Below, piece by piece: positions 1-8,073 of a stretch of DNA of 30,165 bases. Location: IMG/VR virus record IMGVR_UViG_3300035191_000049; one strand, written 5' to 3'. A model generated the notes under the pieces. It saw only the letters and a list, made by a program, of their open reading frames with translations. It was not told the origin of the DNA and did no database searches. The DNA is from a virus. The number at the start of each line of letters is the position of its first letter. Within the stretch, counting starts at the first letter, position 1. The position numbers and the translations under genes were made by a program.

Positions 1-16
1 TTTTTTCGACAACACG

Positions 17-1267
17 ATGCCAGACGTTATCATCAACTTCGATGGGTACCGCGTCGAGATGCTCGAATCGATCGACCCGCGGGTCGCCTTCTTTGATGAC
101 ATCTTTGATTGGTCGGTTTCTGGTTCGAGCCGCCCCGAATACGCCTGGGACACCATAGAAAGTCCCCACGCTCGCCTCTATCTCGTCTCCAAAGTTGAAA
201 AGAGGCGAAACAAACCCGTTGCCATCGCGTGGGCCTGGCGAACTCAGGGGGTCTACGAAGAGGTAGAGGGCGGAACGAGGCCGGGCGGAACTCGTATGGA
301 GATGGTCGAGGTCGAGCCCGGACCCATCGTCGTCATCGACGCGGTCCAGACCATCTACAGGACGCGCAAGGCTAACGTGAAGATCTTGAAGGCGATCGAG
401 GCGCTGGCTCATGCGATGCTCGAAAACGAAGAGACTATCACAGAGGTGCGCATTCAAAACGACGAGCTGAGTTCCTACGAAGTTCAGGAATATCTTTCTT
501 CGCCCTATGCCAGCCCGTGGAAGAAAGTAGGCGACGAGAGCGTGTGGCGTGAAGAGATGCACAAACACCCGCAGATCGATAAGTTTGGCCAGGGGTGGAT
601 GCAGACCCAGTGGCTCCTTGCATCACGCGAATCACCAGACGAGAACCCGCAAGAGTGGAAATGCCCGCTCCGCACCGAGATGTACGGCGGCATGCCTGAG
701 GGCGGCAACTTCGGATCCGCAACCATGCTGGAGCTGGGCGCCCAGAACATCGCTGAGGCTGCTCACTGCATCCTTGGCTCTCTCGGAAAGCTGACCAGGC
801 GAGGAGACTCAGGGCAAGACGAGTGGGCGAGGTGGCAGTATTCCCTTGTCTACGAGGTGGCCCATCTCAAAGAGGAGCTGGGCATCATCAACATGTGGGT
901 GTGGAAGTGGTATGAGTACGGCTGGCATCGGGATACTCAGGAGAAATTCAACGACCCGACGCCGGACCAGCTCCCCTACGTCGAGAGATCAGTCGAGAAC
1001 ATCCGAGACGTTGCTCCTCCGCTGGTCGTTCTCGCCGAGCTGAAGCGCGCTCATGTCGAAGCGCAGGAAGACATGCCTGAGCCGATCAAGGCGGCGGCGC
1101 TTTCCTCCTACGACGTAATCATCGCCGTCGCAAACGCTGTTTTCGACGCTGTCGAGGGCTGGCCAGAGGAAAAGGTCTACAACCCCTTCACGGTTACGCC
1201 CCTTCAGGCGGCGACACAGCGGCTCGGAGAGACCATAAATGAGCTACTAACCTACGTGAGGCGATGA
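17..1267 (+). CDS. hypothetical protein (416 aa)
   Basis: ATG at 17 directly after a T-run. Long ORF with GC-rich third codon positions. TGA at 1265-1267 sits one nt before the next ATG. No motif I can name. Confidence 0.6.
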   Translation: MPDVIINFDGYRVEMLESIDPRVAFFDDIFDWSVSGSSRPEYAWDTIESPHARLYLVSKVEKRRNKPVAIAWAWRTQGVYEEVEGGTRPGGTRMEMVEVEPGPIVVIDAVQTIYRTRKANVKILKAIEALAHAMLENEETITEVRIQNDELSSYEVQEYLSSPYASPWKKVGDESVWREEMHKHPQIDKFGQGWMQTQWLLASRESPDENPQEWKCPLRTEMYGGMPEGGNFGSATMLELGAQNIAEAAHCILGSLGKLTRRGDSGQDEWARWQYSLVYEVAHLKEELGIINMWVWKWYEYGWHRDTQEKFNDPTPDQLPYVERSVENIRDVAPPLVVLAELKRAHVEAQEDMPEPIKAAALSSYDVIIAVANAVFDAVEGWPEEKVYNPFTVTPLQAATQRLGETINELLTYVRR

Positions 1268-1268
1268 G

Positions 1269-2225
1269 ATGTCCTTCGATTTGAAGATTGAATGCGACGG
1301 CAATGAATACGACGCCACCATTGATGATGATGGCGACCTGCTCATCTTCGAGTACGATGCCTCCGAAGACGAGACGCTCGCCGAGATGGGTTATGAGCCC
1401 ACAGAATGCATGATGCTTTCGACGGGTTGGAAAGACTTCCGTGCGCTGCTGGAGAAGGACGGTCAGTGGGAAGACTTCATGGACGGCGTCACCGGCGCCG
1501 AAACAACGTTCGAGCTTGACGGTGAGGAGTTCACGGAACGATACGACATGGAGTTTGACGAGTTTCTGGACTACTTGACTACTTTCCTCAAGAAGTCCCT
1601 GGAAGATTTTGACAGCAGAAGCAGGAGTATCGCTCGCATCATCGGAGCGCTTTCGGACAGCTATGGGATCAGCATCGTTCTCCACTCGGTGCATGTTGAG
1701 GACCCTTCCCGGATACTGGAAGATGTCAGTCTTCAGCACATCCCTGAGATTTTTGAGAACGAGCTTGTTATCAACGATAAGTCGATAGCGAAGTGGAAAC
1801 GCGGATCGGCCCTGATCACCAACGACGTAATCGACTTGTACTACACCGAGCACGACATGGGGGAGTATGACGACGACTACAGGCCCCCAGGGATGTGGCC
1901 AGACTTCTGGACTATGGATAACAAAAACGACATGGATCACGTGCTCGCGAGCTTTGGCCTCGAAGACCAAGTCCCGCCACTACCAGAGCGCCCATGGGTT
2001 CCGGAGAAAGATCCCGATGGTCCGTATGGTGTCGAGTTCGTCGACTACTATTGGGACCAGCATGCGCAGGGTGGCAGAGAAATCAACACGACGGTCTGGT
2101 ATCCCGACCTGGAGTCAGCGAAGCGCCATTTCGAGATCGTCACGGACATCGGAACAGCAAACCAGCAGACGGAGGGTTTTCGAGTGATCGATCGAGAGGG
2201 AGAAATTGTCGCTTGGCATTTGTAG
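1269..2225 (+). CDS. paralog family member 1 (318 aa): shared N-terminal module + unique C-terminal region
   Basis: N-terminus FDLKIECDGNEYDATIDDDGDLLIFEYDASEDETLAEMGYEPTEC aligns with the N-termini of 2654-3418, 3421-4149, 4149-4982, 4985-5791 and the reverse gene 24688-24999. GTGAGG SD upstream. GC3-rich. Confidence 0.75.
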   Translation: MSFDLKIECDGNEYDATIDDDGDLLIFEYDASEDETLAEMGYEPTECMMLSTGWKDFRALLEKDGQWEDFMDGVTGAETTFELDGEEFTERYDMEFDEFLDYLTTFLKKSLEDFDSRSRSIARIIGALSDSYGISIVLHSVHVEDPSRILEDVSLQHIPEIFENELVINDKSIAKWKRGSALITNDVIDLYYTEHDMGEYDDDYRPPGMWPDFWTMDNKNDMDHVLASFGLEDQVPPLPERPWVPEKDPDGPYGVEFVDYYWDQHAQGGREINTTVWYPDLESAKRHFEIVTDIGTANQQTEGFRVIDREGEIVAWHL

Positions 2226-2234
2226 GAGAGTTTC

Positions 2235-2657
2235 ATGACGACATACGACTACGTCACCGAGTTTGATCCTGGTTTCAACGAGGGGAAGGTTCGATACGCG
2301 GCCCCCACTCACGTCCTTCAGGTCTATGGGACGCCAACGGAAGCGCGCAAGTACATCGCTGAGGAGTTTGGGCTTCCAGCGATCCCGCCGCCTGTCACCG
2401 TGCTTCCTCCTTACGATATTCGCAGCGGCCCCACGCGCACGTTGACGGTCGTTCCCCCTGGCTCAGTTCCAGGCGACCTGATCTCACAGCCCACCATGTG
2501 GAAGCAGATCGTCCCGGCGACGGGACTCGAAGGCTTCGGCACTGTTGCCAGTGGCAACGGCTCTGGCAACGGTTGGTTTCTCACAATTGGCGCGATCATT
2601 GGAGGATTCGTCCTCGCTCGCGTCGCGGCGGCGATGCTCGAACGGCGGGAGCGATGA
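2235..2657 (+). CDS. small hypothetical protein with C-terminal hydrophobic helix (membrane-anchored?)
   Basis: ATG 2235 preceded by GGAGAG (2224-2229). C-terminus GWFLTIGAIIGGFVLARVAAAML is TM-like. It interrupts the paralog array. Confidence 0.6.
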   Translation: MTTYDYVTEFDPGFNEGKVRYAAPTHVLQVYGTPTEARKYIAEEFGLPAIPPPVTVLPPYDIRSGPTRTLTVVPPGSVPGDLISQPTMWKQIVPATGLEGFGTVASGNGSGNGWFLTIGAIIGGFVLARVAAAMLERRER

Positions 2658-3418
2658 AGTCGAAGACCTTCGAGTTGGTCTGTGACGATGAGCGTCACAC
2701 CTTCATCCTCTACGAAGACGGGTCCATGGAGATTGAGAACTTCGACGAGGAAGAAGCCGAGACGCTTCGAGAGATGGGGTATCGAGAAGACTGTCTGTTT
2801 ACGCTTGAAGACTATCAGAATCGGCCCCTTCGATTCCTCGTTATTTTCTCGACCTATTTGTGTGGCGAAAAGCTTCGGCTGCTGCTTCACGGCATGATCG
2901 CAGAGTATTTTTACATGGTCCGAGAGGCGGTCCCGACGGACATGGCGAACCATCTCGAAAGAATGATGAATGTCATCGAGGAGGGCGACGGTTACAAAAG
3001 AGGCGATTGGGTCTGGGCAAAGAAAATGATCCGCAACTGGACTCAATTGAAAAAAGAAGCGCGGTGGCGCAGAGAGGACAAGGCCATGTATCCCACAGTC
3101 GTCGTGGGGCGAGGGCCTGACCCTGAGGTGGAGCGCCGTGTTCAAAAGATTTGCCTAACGATCATTTCTTTGTACGTCAGAAGCAGCAAGGGGGCGTTGG
3201 ATTGTGGGCAGTCTGCGGCGAAACGCATTGATGCATGGGACAATGTAGAGGAAATCGTACATAGGATAAGAGAGGTCGCCAGAGAACTTGCTGTCGATGA
3301 AGTCGTGGAAGCGGGCGGCGGTCTCAATGATATCGGTGACGTCAGGGAAGAGTCTTTCGAGGAATTTAATAGAGAGATTTTTGAAAAAGCTCTCAACATC
3401 ATCTTCGAGGAGGACTGA
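2654..3418 (+). CDS. paralog family member 2 (254 aa)
   Basis: ATG 2654 overlaps the upstream stop (ATGA). N-terminus KTFELVCDDERHTFILYEDGSMEIENFDEEEAETLREMGYREDC. The ORF-track start 2498 is a frame extension overlapping gene 2235-2657. Confidence 0.7.
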   Translation: MKSKTFELVCDDERHTFILYEDGSMEIENFDEEEAETLREMGYREDCLFTLEDYQNRPLRFLVIFSTYLCGEKLRLLLHGMIAEYFYMVREAVPTDMANHLERMMNVIEEGDGYKRGDWVWAKKMIRNWTQLKKEARWRREDKAMYPTVVVGRGPDPEVERRVQKICLTIISLYVRSSKGALDCGQSAAKRIDAWDNVEEIVHRIREVARELAVDEVVEAGGGLNDIGDVREESFEEFNREIFEKALNIIFEED

Positions 3419-3420
3419 CG

Positions 3421-4149
3421 GTGCCGGTTTCGATCACTATCTACTGCGACGACGAGCGTCAGGACGTCATCATCTATGAGGACGGATCCTTCGAGTTCGT
3501 GGGCTACGACTTCAGCGAGGACTTGACGCTCGAAGAGCTTGGATATGAGCCCTCGGATTGCCTGAGCGCGGCAAGGGAACTTGAAGGCGACATGGTCAAC
3601 TTTCTCCTGGGGTCGTGGACGGGCCTCGCATTCAACGCCGGCATCGAAGACATTCCTGGGACGGCCGTCGAATACGTCCTCGACTGCTTTGCTCACGTCG
3701 CTCAGCAGTTTGGAGAGGCGGTTCCAGATTTCAAGTGGGTGGCTGGGGATGTCATAACGATAGCGCGTGCTCACAACATGAACGTCGACAACGTCGAGCT
3801 GGAAGAGAGCATGTGGATTCGTGCCGACCTGATGCTGAAGTGGTTGCGTCAGTATGGTGTGCGCAGCGAGCCGGTTCCTTACGACCGCGAAGAGATGGAA
3901 AAAGTCCTCAATGAGTACATCGTCCTGCTCAAGGATTTTCTCAAGTACATCCTGAACGAGGACAACCTGCTAGAAGACATGGCCAGCGGAGACATTGATA
4001 CGACCGTCAGCCAGCTTCGTATCATCATGTCGGACTATGCCAGGGCCACTGGAGACCTCGAAGACCCGACCGCCAGCGAGATCGAAGAGGTCGAGTTCCG
4101 AGAGGAATCGTGGCAGCTCGCTCGGCTCTTGCAGTATTTGGAGGCGTGA
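3421..4149 (+). CDS. paralog family member 3 (242 aa)
   Basis: GTG start with strong SD GAGGAGGA upstream. N-terminus VSITIYCDDERQDVIIYEDGSFEFVGYDFSEDLTLEELGYEPSDC. Confidence 0.75.
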   Translation: MPVSITIYCDDERQDVIIYEDGSFEFVGYDFSEDLTLEELGYEPSDCLSAARELEGDMVNFLLGSWTGLAFNAGIEDIPGTAVEYVLDCFAHVAQQFGEAVPDFKWVAGDVITIARAHNMNVDNVELEESMWIRADLMLKWLRQYGVRSEPVPYDREEMEKVLNEYIVLLKDFLKYILNEDNLLEDMASGDIDTTVSQLRIIMSDYARATGDLEDPTASEIEEVEFREESWQLARLLQYLEA

Positions 4150-4982
4150 TGTCAGTGATCGTTCCTGTGAACTGTGAGAATACTCAGATCGAGATCGAAT
4201 TCTTTGAACACGGGAGCTTCGACGTTCACGGCTACGATATCGAAGAAGCCAAAGTGCTCGAAGAGATGGGCTACGACACACCCGAGTGTCTTGCGTTCCT
4301 TCGGAGGTTGAGCCAAAGGACACTCCGGTTTCTCCTCAAGCGGGTGCCACTCGACCCCTACGAGCTGATGATTACCTACCTGCTCGACTGCCTGCAGCAC
4401 TCCGCGGACTACGCCGAGTTCGATGAGTTCATCCCCTGGATGGATCAGGTTGCCGAGGCGATCCGGGAACTGGGGACTGAGGGAGAGCCCCTGCAAGGCG
4501 AGCTGTATGAGGAAGCTATCGGCCAGTACCGAAAGTTCAAGGAGTGGTGGACGCTCGAATATGGTGATTACATCTCTGGCGAAAGAGCAATTCAGAGTGG
4601 TTTTCGTGAATATGGGGGTCAAGAATTTGACGGGAACTACATGGCCTACCTCAACGACATAGTAAAGGCACACCTTCGATGGATCTTGGGGATGGCGATC
4701 GATCAAGACCCCAAGCGCGCGTGGGACCCAGGCGGCATGGGCTTTCCCAAGCTCTACCATTTCGTTGACGCCATGGCCAAGGGTGCCTCTTATTTTAGGG
4801 TATTCAAGGAATACCCAGAAATCACATGGGAGGATACTCTTGTCTACGAAGAGGGCATTTGGTTTCCGGCAACGGATGCTCCTCAGACTGCACAAACAAT
4901 CGATTTTCACGAACGCTTTTTCCCCGAGGAGCGCGCCTGGCAGATTGGCCGCTACGTCAAGTATCTTGAAGGCACGGAGTAG
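4149..4982 (+). CDS. paralog family member 4 (277 aa)
   Basis: ATG 4149 overlaps the TGA of the previous gene (TGATG). N-terminus VIVPVNCENTQIEIEFFEHGSFDVHGYDIEEAKVLEEMGYDTPEC. The segment after the module (RTLRFLLKRV...ITYLLDCLQH) also resembles members 2 and 3. Confidence 0.7.
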   Translation: MSVIVPVNCENTQIEIEFFEHGSFDVHGYDIEEAKVLEEMGYDTPECLAFLRRLSQRTLRFLLKRVPLDPYELMITYLLDCLQHSADYAEFDEFIPWMDQVAEAIRELGTEGEPLQGELYEEAIGQYRKFKEWWTLEYGDYISGERAIQSGFREYGGQEFDGNYMAYLNDIVKAHLRWILGMAIDQDPKRAWDPGGMGFPKLYHFVDAMAKGASYFRVFKEYPEITWEDTLVYEEGIWFPATDAPQTAQTIDFHERFFPEERAWQIGRYVKYLEGTE

Positions 4983-4984
4983 CC

Positions 4985-5791
4985 ATGGAGTGCATGTTCA
5001 AGGTCGGTGATGACTACGTCGGCATCGAGATCGACGACGAGGGGAATCTTCTCATCGACCAGGACGACATCGAGGAGGCAGTCGTTCTCGCCGAGATGGG
5101 CTACCCCATGAGTGACCTTGTCAAGTTCTACGACGCCTGGGCTCACCTCGAATACAACGAGCGCTGGAAGATCGTGAACCGCGGCGGCGATTTCGCGACG
5201 AGCGGCGATATTGGTGCGCTCCCTGTCTACAGCTATCTCAACGCGGAGCAGCGAGCGTGCCTCTCACTGAGTCTGACCGAGAAAGACAGGGCCGACGCTG
5301 CGCTCTATGCCGACAACCTCAACCCAGAGCTTCGTCTTCAGATGATCGAGAGCATCGGGACGGATGAAGCGTGGTCGAACTTTCTGGGCGAGTACCGATT
5401 CCTCGACGAGCAGCGACAGCGACAGCTCATCGACCAGCTCGCTCCCGAGTGGAAGGGCTGGCTCGCCCGCAAGGCGCGGGTGCTGACATATCCTCATCGT
5501 TTTGAGCTGATACTTGAAGCCCCGGACGGCGAGAAGATGGAGTTCCTGCAGACGCAGCAGTGGCTGACGCAGAACCAGCAGTTCGTCCTGATCAACTCAC
5601 TGGAGGACGAAGAATCTCTCTTCCACGTGCTCAGGTTGCCGCTCCAGCTCGCGATCACCTCTGACCAGAGGTTCGCCTTCGCCGATGCGATCGAGGACCC
5701 AGGACTGAGGGAAGAGCTGGCCCGCGTAGCGCCAGGACTCACTGATCAGCAGCGGGCTCTTCTGATCGATCCTGAGCTTGAGCCTCTTTGA
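4985..5791 (+). CDS. paralog family member 5 (268 aa, degenerate module lacking both Cys)
   Basis: N-terminus KVGDDYVGIEIDDEGNLLIDQDDIEEAVVLAEMGYPMSDL aligns with member 1 (DDDGDLLIFEYDASEDETLAEMGY). Its 3' end overlaps the convergent MTase gene by 53 nt. Confidence 0.7.
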   Translation: MECMFKVGDDYVGIEIDDEGNLLIDQDDIEEAVVLAEMGYPMSDLVKFYDAWAHLEYNERWKIVNRGGDFATSGDIGALPVYSYLNAEQRACLSLSLTEKDRADAALYADNLNPELRLQMIESIGTDEAWSNFLGEYRFLDEQRQRQLIDQLAPEWKGWLARKARVLTYPHRFELILEAPDGEKMEFLQTQQWLTQNQQFVLINSLEDEESLFHVLRLPLQLAITSDQRFAFADAIEDPGLREELARVAPGLTDQQRALLIDPELEPL

Positions 5792-6485
5792 TTCGCCGTG
5801 TAGAAACTTCGATCGCTTCGTCGCAAATATCACTTCCGCAGAAGATGCGCCCCAGCTCGACAGCCGCGACGCCGGCCGAGCCGCTCCCGCAGAAGGGGTC
5901 GCAGACGACTTCGCCAGGCTCAGTGCTTTGGCTGATGAGCGTCCGGAGGACGGGGACTGGCTTCTCGGTGGGGTAGCCCTTGTAGATGCGTTTCTCTCTG
6001 ATGACGTCTGGAATGGAGAGGTCGTTGAGCTTTCGCTTTCCTTTTTCGAAGAAGAGGATCAGTTCGTACCGGGCTCTGTAGTGATAGCCCATGCCGATGG
6101 CGACCTTATCCCATACGAGCGGCTTGTGGAACGTGAACCCGGCCTCTTCGGCGATCGGCTTTGCCACAAACATCGTTTCCTGGTCACAGAACAGGTAGCA
6201 ATGTGAATCCATCCTGAGGACGCGGTACAGTACTCTGAACAGATCATCGAAGCGTGAGTTTGGGAAGATTTGAAACCAGTCATTTGAAGAGGATTTCGAG
6301 TGGCTGAGCCTGGTCGTTGTCCCTTTTGCTCGGTGTTTCTCCAGTGATTCGTAGGGAGGGTCGGTCACGACGAGGTCGACCGATTCGTCCTCAAGACTTC
6401 CCAAAAAGTCAAGCGCATCCTGCTTAACGACCTGTGAAGTGACAAATCGCGGTCCCCCGCGAAAAAAGAGCGGTTCCTGTTTCAT
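5739..6485 (-). CDS. DNA methyltransferase, beta-class amino-MTase (N6-adenine or N4-cytosine), 248 aa
   Basis: Motif IV VVTDPPY comes before motif I VVCDPFCGSGSAGVAA. DPPY before FxGxG defines the beta class. Start set at internal Met 6483-6485 (MKQEPLFFRGG...). The 581-aa ORF-track version has an R/G/P-rich N-terminal extension overlapping the + gene 6573-7334. Confidence 0.8.
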   Translation of the reverse strand: MKQEPLFFRGGPRFVTSQVVKQDALDFLGSLEDESVDLVVTDPPYESLEKHRAKGTTTRLSHSKSSSNDWFQIFPNSRFDDLFRVLYRVLRMDSHCYLFCDQETMFVAKPIAEEAGFTFHKPLVWDKVAIGMGYHYRARYELILFFEKGKRKLNDLSIPDVIREKRIYKGYPTEKPVPVLRTLISQSTEPGEVVCDPFCGSGSAGVAAVELGRIFCGSDICDEAIEVSTRRIKEAQAQDRSEEPAADQ

Positions 6486-6495
6486 CGGCGGCAAT

Positions 6496-6541
6496 ATAGC
6501 ACATGCAATATCCTCTGGACAAGGTAGGTTGCATATGTTAC
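6496..6541 (+). promoter_or_regulatory. divergent regulatory region: partial palindrome ATAGCACATGCAAT (6496-6509), TGGACA (6516-6521), palindrome GTTGCATATGTTAC (6528-6541)
   Basis: Lies between the leftward MTase start (6485) and the rightward gene 6573. Same architecture as the other four sites. Confidence 0.55.
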
Positions 6542-6572
6542 CCCTAGGATATGTGCGAGCGAAAGGACCATC

Positions 6573-7334
6573 GTGATGTCCAAGGAAAAAGAGCGATGCC
6601 CCGAGTGCAGAATGTTGGGCCAGCACAAGCTTCAGTGCAGTCGTCGTGAGGACGGAGGGCAGGTGCGCCTGCCTATGAAGATGGTCAAGCGCGCTGTGCC
6701 TCATCCAGAGCACCCCTCGGGAAAGGACCACTTCTCCGTCCAGGTGCTCTCTGACCCATGGTGTTGGGTCGTTGTCCGCTTCAAGCTCGAAACGATGCAC
6801 GAGGACATGGGGACGCTCATCACCATGCTCGGGGCCGACTACGGATCGAAAAGCCCCAAGATGCTCCGGGACGATCTGTTCCGAATGGAGTTCCCCTTCA
6901 GCGATGGAAATACTCACGCTGGCATGTTCGCGCTCGAAGCGTGGCAGGCGCTCAGCCGCAACATGTGGTGCGGCGATCTCGACGAAGAGCTTTCCTTCTT
7001 CAGGACCCATCGAACTATCTGGGAGCTGGGCCACGAGCTGACCTACCACGAGGAGCTGAAGATTCTCCGTTTCCTGCGCGATAACCCCGAGAAGCAGTGG
7101 GGGAAGAAGGGGGCTGTCCTCATCGAGCTTCAGGACACGCTGGGCATTGGCGGCGGCGCCATCCTCACGCTCATCGAGCCGAGCGGCGGCTTCGAGGATT
7201 ACCAGTACGTCGTCACCATCGGCGGCTTCCGCTCCGGCAACCCCTTTACCATCGACCTGCCAGCCGTCGAAGCGCGGATCGCCCTGATGGAGGAACAGGG
7301 GCCTCCAGACCCCTGGGAGGAGTCGGCAGATTGA
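6573..7334 (+). CDS. hypothetical protein with N-terminal CPEC-x9-C zinc-finger-like motif (253 aa)
   Basis: GTG 6573 / ATG 6576. GC3-rich long ORF. Lies downstream of the divergent palindrome region. Confidence 0.6.
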   Translation: MMSKEKERCPECRMLGQHKLQCSRREDGGQVRLPMKMVKRAVPHPEHPSGKDHFSVQVLSDPWCWVVVRFKLETMHEDMGTLITMLGADYGSKSPKMLRDDLFRMEFPFSDGNTHAGMFALEAWQALSRNMWCGDLDEELSFFRTHRTIWELGHELTYHEELKILRFLRDNPEKQWGKKGAVLIELQDTLGIGGGAILTLIEPSGGFEDYQYVVTIGGFRSGNPFTIDLPAVEARIALMEEQGPPDPWEESAD

Positions 7335-7732
7335 TTTGGTTTGTTTCACTCGACGAGGGTCGTTTTCACATCTACTGCAAAGACGGCCGCAAGAACGACG
7401 GCAAGTGGTTCGATCCTGATGATATCGAAGGGATGAAGGCGTTCTGTAAGAAGATGGAGATCGATCACGTCTGCGGCCTCTCATCGGTTGACTTTCCTGA
7501 GGAGAATGGGCTCGACGAGGACTTCAATGCCAATGAGGTCATCGGCAAGGTGCTATGGTCAGGTCCCGCTCTCCTTCACCTCCAGGAAGGTCTCGTGTCC
7601 CTGTACCGCGCCTATCACTCGGGCCAGCTCACCGAGGACGAAGCCAACAGGCTGGAGAAGGCTGGCGACGAGATCAAAGCTATCTACGATGAGGCCGAGC
7701 CTCGTCTCAACCCCGGTGGTAACCCCGAGTGA
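7331..7732 (+). CDS. hypothetical protein (~133 aa)
   Basis: TTG 7331 overlaps the stop of the upstream gene (TTGA). The ORF-track start 7097 lies in another frame inside gene 6573-7334, so it is rejected. The start codon is uncertain. Confidence 0.4.
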   Translation: MIWFVSLDEGRFHIYCKDGRKNDGKWFDPDDIEGMKAFCKKMEIDHVCGLSSVDFPEENGLDEDFNANEVIGKVLWSGPALLHLQEGLVSLYRAYHSGQLTEDEANRLEKAGDEIKAIYDEAEPRLNPGGNPE

Positions 7733-8013
7733 TCTGTCTACGCTGCGGCTACTGCTGCACAACCACCATGGTCGTCATCGTGGACGACCCAAAGCTCGGC
7801 ATCGTAGAAGATAACCTCAAGGCCGTGGGCTTCAATGGTCCCGAGCGATGTCAGCATCTCGTCGGCGACAAGCCAGGCGAGTATTCCTGCGCCGTTCACG
7901 ACGAGCCCTGGTACTGCGAGACGCCTTGTGCCTCTCACGGGCAGATTGAGCGATCGCCCACAGACGAGTGCCGAATGGGTCGCTACATCCTAGACGGTGG
8001 CCTCGACGACTAA
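7729..8013 (+). CDS. CxxCxxCC cysteine-cluster protein (YkgJ/UPF0153-like putative metal-chelating domain)
   Basis: N-terminus ICLRCGYCC matches CxxCgxCC, with further Cys downstream. GTG 7729 overlaps the upstream stop. Confidence 0.55.
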   Translation: MICLRCGYCCTTTMVVIVDDPKLGIVEDNLKAVGFNGPERCQHLVGDKPGEYSCAVHDEPWYCETPCASHGQIERSPTDECRMGRYILDGGLDD

Positions 8014-8034
8014 TTGCATCTGCTACTTTTTCAC

Positions 8035-8060
8035 TGGACAAGAAATGTAGCATATGCTAC
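8035..8060 (+). promoter_or_regulatory. promoter/operator-like site 2: CTTTTTCAC-TGGACA-AGAAAT-GTAGCATATGCTAC (perfect 14-bp palindrome)
   Basis: Sits in the 60-nt gap after the 8013 stop. A T-tract lies just upstream. The degenerate half-site TTGCATCTGCTAC at 8014-8026 sits alongside. Confidence 0.55.
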
Positions 8061-8073
8061 CTCTCTCTGCACT

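Noticed and set aside
2498-3418. Long 5' extensions of ORF-track entries (2498, 4110, 7097, 9723, 10124, 11060, 11659, 12965, 13495, 17769, 18702, 22898, 24968, 27022, 27853)
   Set aside because: The extensions run through upstream genes in other frames, are R/G/P/S-rich, and lack GC3 bias. Internal starts that form ATGA/GTGA overlaps or carry an SD fit the operon architecture better.
5739-7484. 581-aa version of the minus-strand MTase ORF
   Set aside because: The N-terminal 333 aa are R/G/P-rich with no domain and overlap the well-supported + gene 6573-7334. The MTase domain begins at internal Met 6483-6485, right next to the divergent promoter region.
8035-8060. Sigma54 (-24/-12) reading of TGGACA...TTGCAT/TAGCAT
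   Set aside because: The GG-to-GC distance is 14 nt at all sites, and sigma54 needs a strict 12. TGGACA fits a sigma70 -35 (TTGACA) better. Site 5 has a canonical TATAAT 17 nt after TTGCAT.
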